From contig DATDEG010000318.1 in assembly GCA_036523465.1 (NCBI GenBank), forward strand, positions 1-35,631: a stretch of 35,631 bases of DNA. The letters are read 5' to 3'. The notes below the pieces were generated by a model. The model searched no databases. It was not told the origin of the DNA and was given only the letters and a program-made list of their open reading frames with translations. Origin of the DNA: a bacterium (GTDB lineage Bacteria > Sysuimicrobiota > Sysuimicrobiia > Sysuimicrobiales > Kaftiobacteriaceae). Of this stretch, positions 34,129 through 35,631 are shown one piece after another. The position numbers and the translations under genes are program-made. How positions within the stretch are numbered: position 1 is the first letter of the stretch; every line of letters starts with the position of its first letter.

Positions 34129-34335
34129 GTGACTGCTGTGCGCGAGCAGACAGTCGACGCGAAGGGCCGCCCGATCGTCCCGGGGATGAAGGTGAAAGTG
34201 GCCGGTGAGAACGGGACGCAGGAAGGTACCATCGTGCGAGTCCTACATGACTACGGTGTCATTACCGTTGTCGTCCCCGAGGGCCGGGGTCAGGTCGAGC
34301 GTATGGTCCGTATCGTCGACATCGAGGCTATTTAG
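34129..34335 (+). CDS. small hypothetical protein (68 aa, beta-rich, SH3/KOW-like pattern)
   Basis: GTG-initiated ORF 30 nt after paaD. GC and codon usage match its neighbours. It has no Cys and no recognisable motif. Confidence 0.4.
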   Translation: MTAVREQTVDAKGRPIVPGMKVKVAGENGTQEGTIVRVLHDYGVITVVVPEGRGQVERMVRIVDIEAI

Positions 34336-34546
34336 ACGGCTCTTAAGGCGATCGAGTAGGGGGACCTCCATCCCCAACCAATCCCATTCATTCCGCAGAT
34401 TCCGATCTAAGGCTCTATGTAAAATGCGGGTTTGAGCAGTGTCTCTAAGTGCCTGGTTGGGTTGCTAGTTTACATAACGGACATTATCGGAAGTGAAGAC
34501 TTAGCCGATGTGAATCGTCCTGTTCTGGACAAGTTATCATCAAGGT

Positions 34547-34792
34547 ATGGCCCCAGATCCCGGTCTTCGTGTCCGGATCGCAGGCTACGCGATTGCCGTC
34601 CTCATTCAGATCGTGGCCTATGGCCTTATTGCGCTCGCCCTTGGGCTGGTGATGCGATCGCTTTGGGGCGACATTGCCGGGACGATTGTGGGTGCAGTCT
34701 ACGGAATTGCCGTGATCGTCGGTGTGACCGTCGCCCTCTATCGTGTCATCGTCAAAGGTGAAATGCCTAGTCCCAGGAATTGGTGGAAGTGA
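34547..34792 (+). CDS. small membrane protein (81 aa, two hydrophobic helices)
   Basis: ATG ORF. Two long hydrophobic stretches: IAGYAIAVLIQIVAYGLIALALGLV and IAGTIVGAVYGIAVIVGVTVALY. It is preceded by an atypically low-GC spacer and has a weak RBS. Confidence 0.45.
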   Translation: MAPDPGLRVRIAGYAIAVLIQIVAYGLIALALGLVMRSLWGDIAGTIVGAVYGIAVIVGVTVALYRVIVKGEMPSPRNWWK

Positions 34793-34811
34793 GCAATACA
34801 AGCTCGCCCCT

Positions 34812-35537
34812 CTACACTGTTGCCCGCCCTAGGAATCCGGCGAGAAATCCAGGCAATACTTTCAGCATGCCCATTGGGCCGGCACCTGCCTGCAGTCTGC
34901 TCCGATTGCTGAGATGGTCGGTAACAAGGTAGGTCTGCATGCCCACCTGCCGTGCGGCCGTGTCCTCGATCATGTCGTTGCCTACGAACAGACAATCGCG
35001 AGGGTCGAAGCGGATCGATGTGGCGACCTCTTGAAAGTACTCGGGATGTGGTTTGGAGAAGTGTGACGTCTCGTACGAGGTCACCAAGGCGAACGGGAGA
35101 TCGGCGATTCCGGCCCACTCCATCCGCGCGTGTATGGCGACGGACGGAAAGATTGGGTGAGTGGCGATGACGGCAGCGAGGCCATGTGCCAGAACGATCG
35201 ATACGGCCTCCCTGGCCGCCGGGTCTGGTGGTGCGGCCAACTCTCGGAGCTTTGGAAACTCCCGCGCATAGAACTCGGCAAGGTGCGGGGCCATCGCCTC
35301 TGCGCTCATCCCCACCGCCGCATAGAACGCTTCGTCGAATACCTGCTTGTTCGTCCGTTCGGGATCGCGATTCTCTGTCATCTTCCAGGTGGCCGCCAGC
35401 AGATGCGAGACGAACGCGTCCGGCGGGATCCAGCGGGCGAACCACGTGGCAAGGAGACGTGTGTACGCCTCGACGAACCGGGCCGTATCGATGTGCAGAA
35501 GCGTCCCGTCTAGGTCAAACAGCACGGCTCGAATCAT
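34812..35537 (-). CDS. HAD-superfamily hydrolase (subfamily IA-like)
   Basis: Motif I LFDLDGTL, motif II-like region VTS, and motif IV-like VGNDMIEDT. Confidence 0.85.
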   Translation of the reverse strand: MIRAVLFDLDGTLLHIDTARFVEAYTRLLATWFARWIPPDAFVSHLLAATWKMTENRDPERTNKQVFDEAFYAAVGMSAEAMAPHLAEFYAREFPKLRELAAPPDPAAREAVSIVLAHGLAAVIATHPIFPSVAIHARMEWAGIADLPFALVTSYETSHFSKPHPEYFQEVATSIRFDPRDCLFVGNDMIEDTAARQVGMQTYLVTDHLSNRSRLQAGAGPMGMLKVLPGFLAGFLGRATV

Positions 35538-35558
35538 GACGCGGTCGTAGCGATCCTC

Positions 35559-35631
35559 CTAGCCGGGGATGCCCTGCAGGGCTCTGAGGTATCTGATTTG
35601 TCCGGAGTGATAGATGTCATGGGTCGTTGTC
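35559..35631 (-). CDS. C-terminal fragment of a DinB_2-like protein (N-terminal part outside window)
   Basis: Absent from the ORF track. The reverse complement reads ...TTTHDIYHSGQIRYLRALQGIPG*. H..YH.GQI at the C-terminus is characteristic of DinB-superfamily proteins. Only 23 codons are visible. Confidence 0.45.
   Translation of the reverse strand, partial: TTTHDIYHSGQIRYLRALQGIPG

Noticed and set aside
34336-34546. tRNA, sRNA of a known class, or IS remnant in the low-GC islet
   Set aside because: I saw no GTTCGAATC-like T-arm and no cloverleaf-compatible pairing. There are no terminal inverted repeats and no transposase or integrase fragments. Only the compositional anomaly is reported.
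1-35631. CRISPR arrays, rRNA/tRNA genes, prophage, integrase/transposase genes, or known defence-system genes
   Set aside because: I scanned both strands for regularly spaced repeats, structural RNA signatures and mobile-element or defence hallmark motifs, and found none. The only repeats are the short ones listed as features.

Overview
High-GC (roughly 65-70%) bacterial chromosomal window. It is tightly packed, with many GTG/TTG starts and 4-nt start/stop overlaps (ATGA/GTGA/TTGA). The core synteny is Firmicutes/Terrabacteria-like: rpmB <> recG-rsmD-coaD-x-yceD-rpmF-plsX-fabH-fabD-fabG-acpP-fabF-rnc. I cannot name the lineage from sequence alone.

Content, left to right:
- a truncated cNMP-binding protein
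- a Tat-signal sugar-type ABC importer (SBP-ATPase-permease-permease)
- an ABC-2 exporter coupled to an XRE regulator
- an SRPBCC protein plus an unannotated mini membrane ORF
- an orphan DegT aminotransferase / Gfo-Idh-MocA dehydrogenase pair
- yjbQ and a stand-alone Lrp/AsnC RAM-domain protein
- an FMN riboswitch with terminator driving a RibU-like ECF S-component coupled to a PurM/HypE-superfamily enzyme of unknown role
- a TPP riboswitch driving thiT-thiN
- hslO and the housekeeping/fatty-acid block
- a HIT protein and a CBS-CBS-GGDEF protein with an unassigned C-terminal domain
- an M28 peptidase and a CNNM/CorC transporter
- a paaA-dinB-dinB-paaB-paaC-paaD cluster with no paaE or other paa catabolic genes
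- a ~48% GC islet with a small membrane protein
- a HAD hydrolase and a truncated third DinB-like gene

The two candidates I consider most novel are the FMN-riboswitch-controlled PurM-like enzyme and the DinB pair embedded in an orphan PaaABCD oxygenase operon.

I found no rRNA, tRNA, CRISPR array, transposase or integrase. The many long antisense ORFs in the track are high-GC artefacts.
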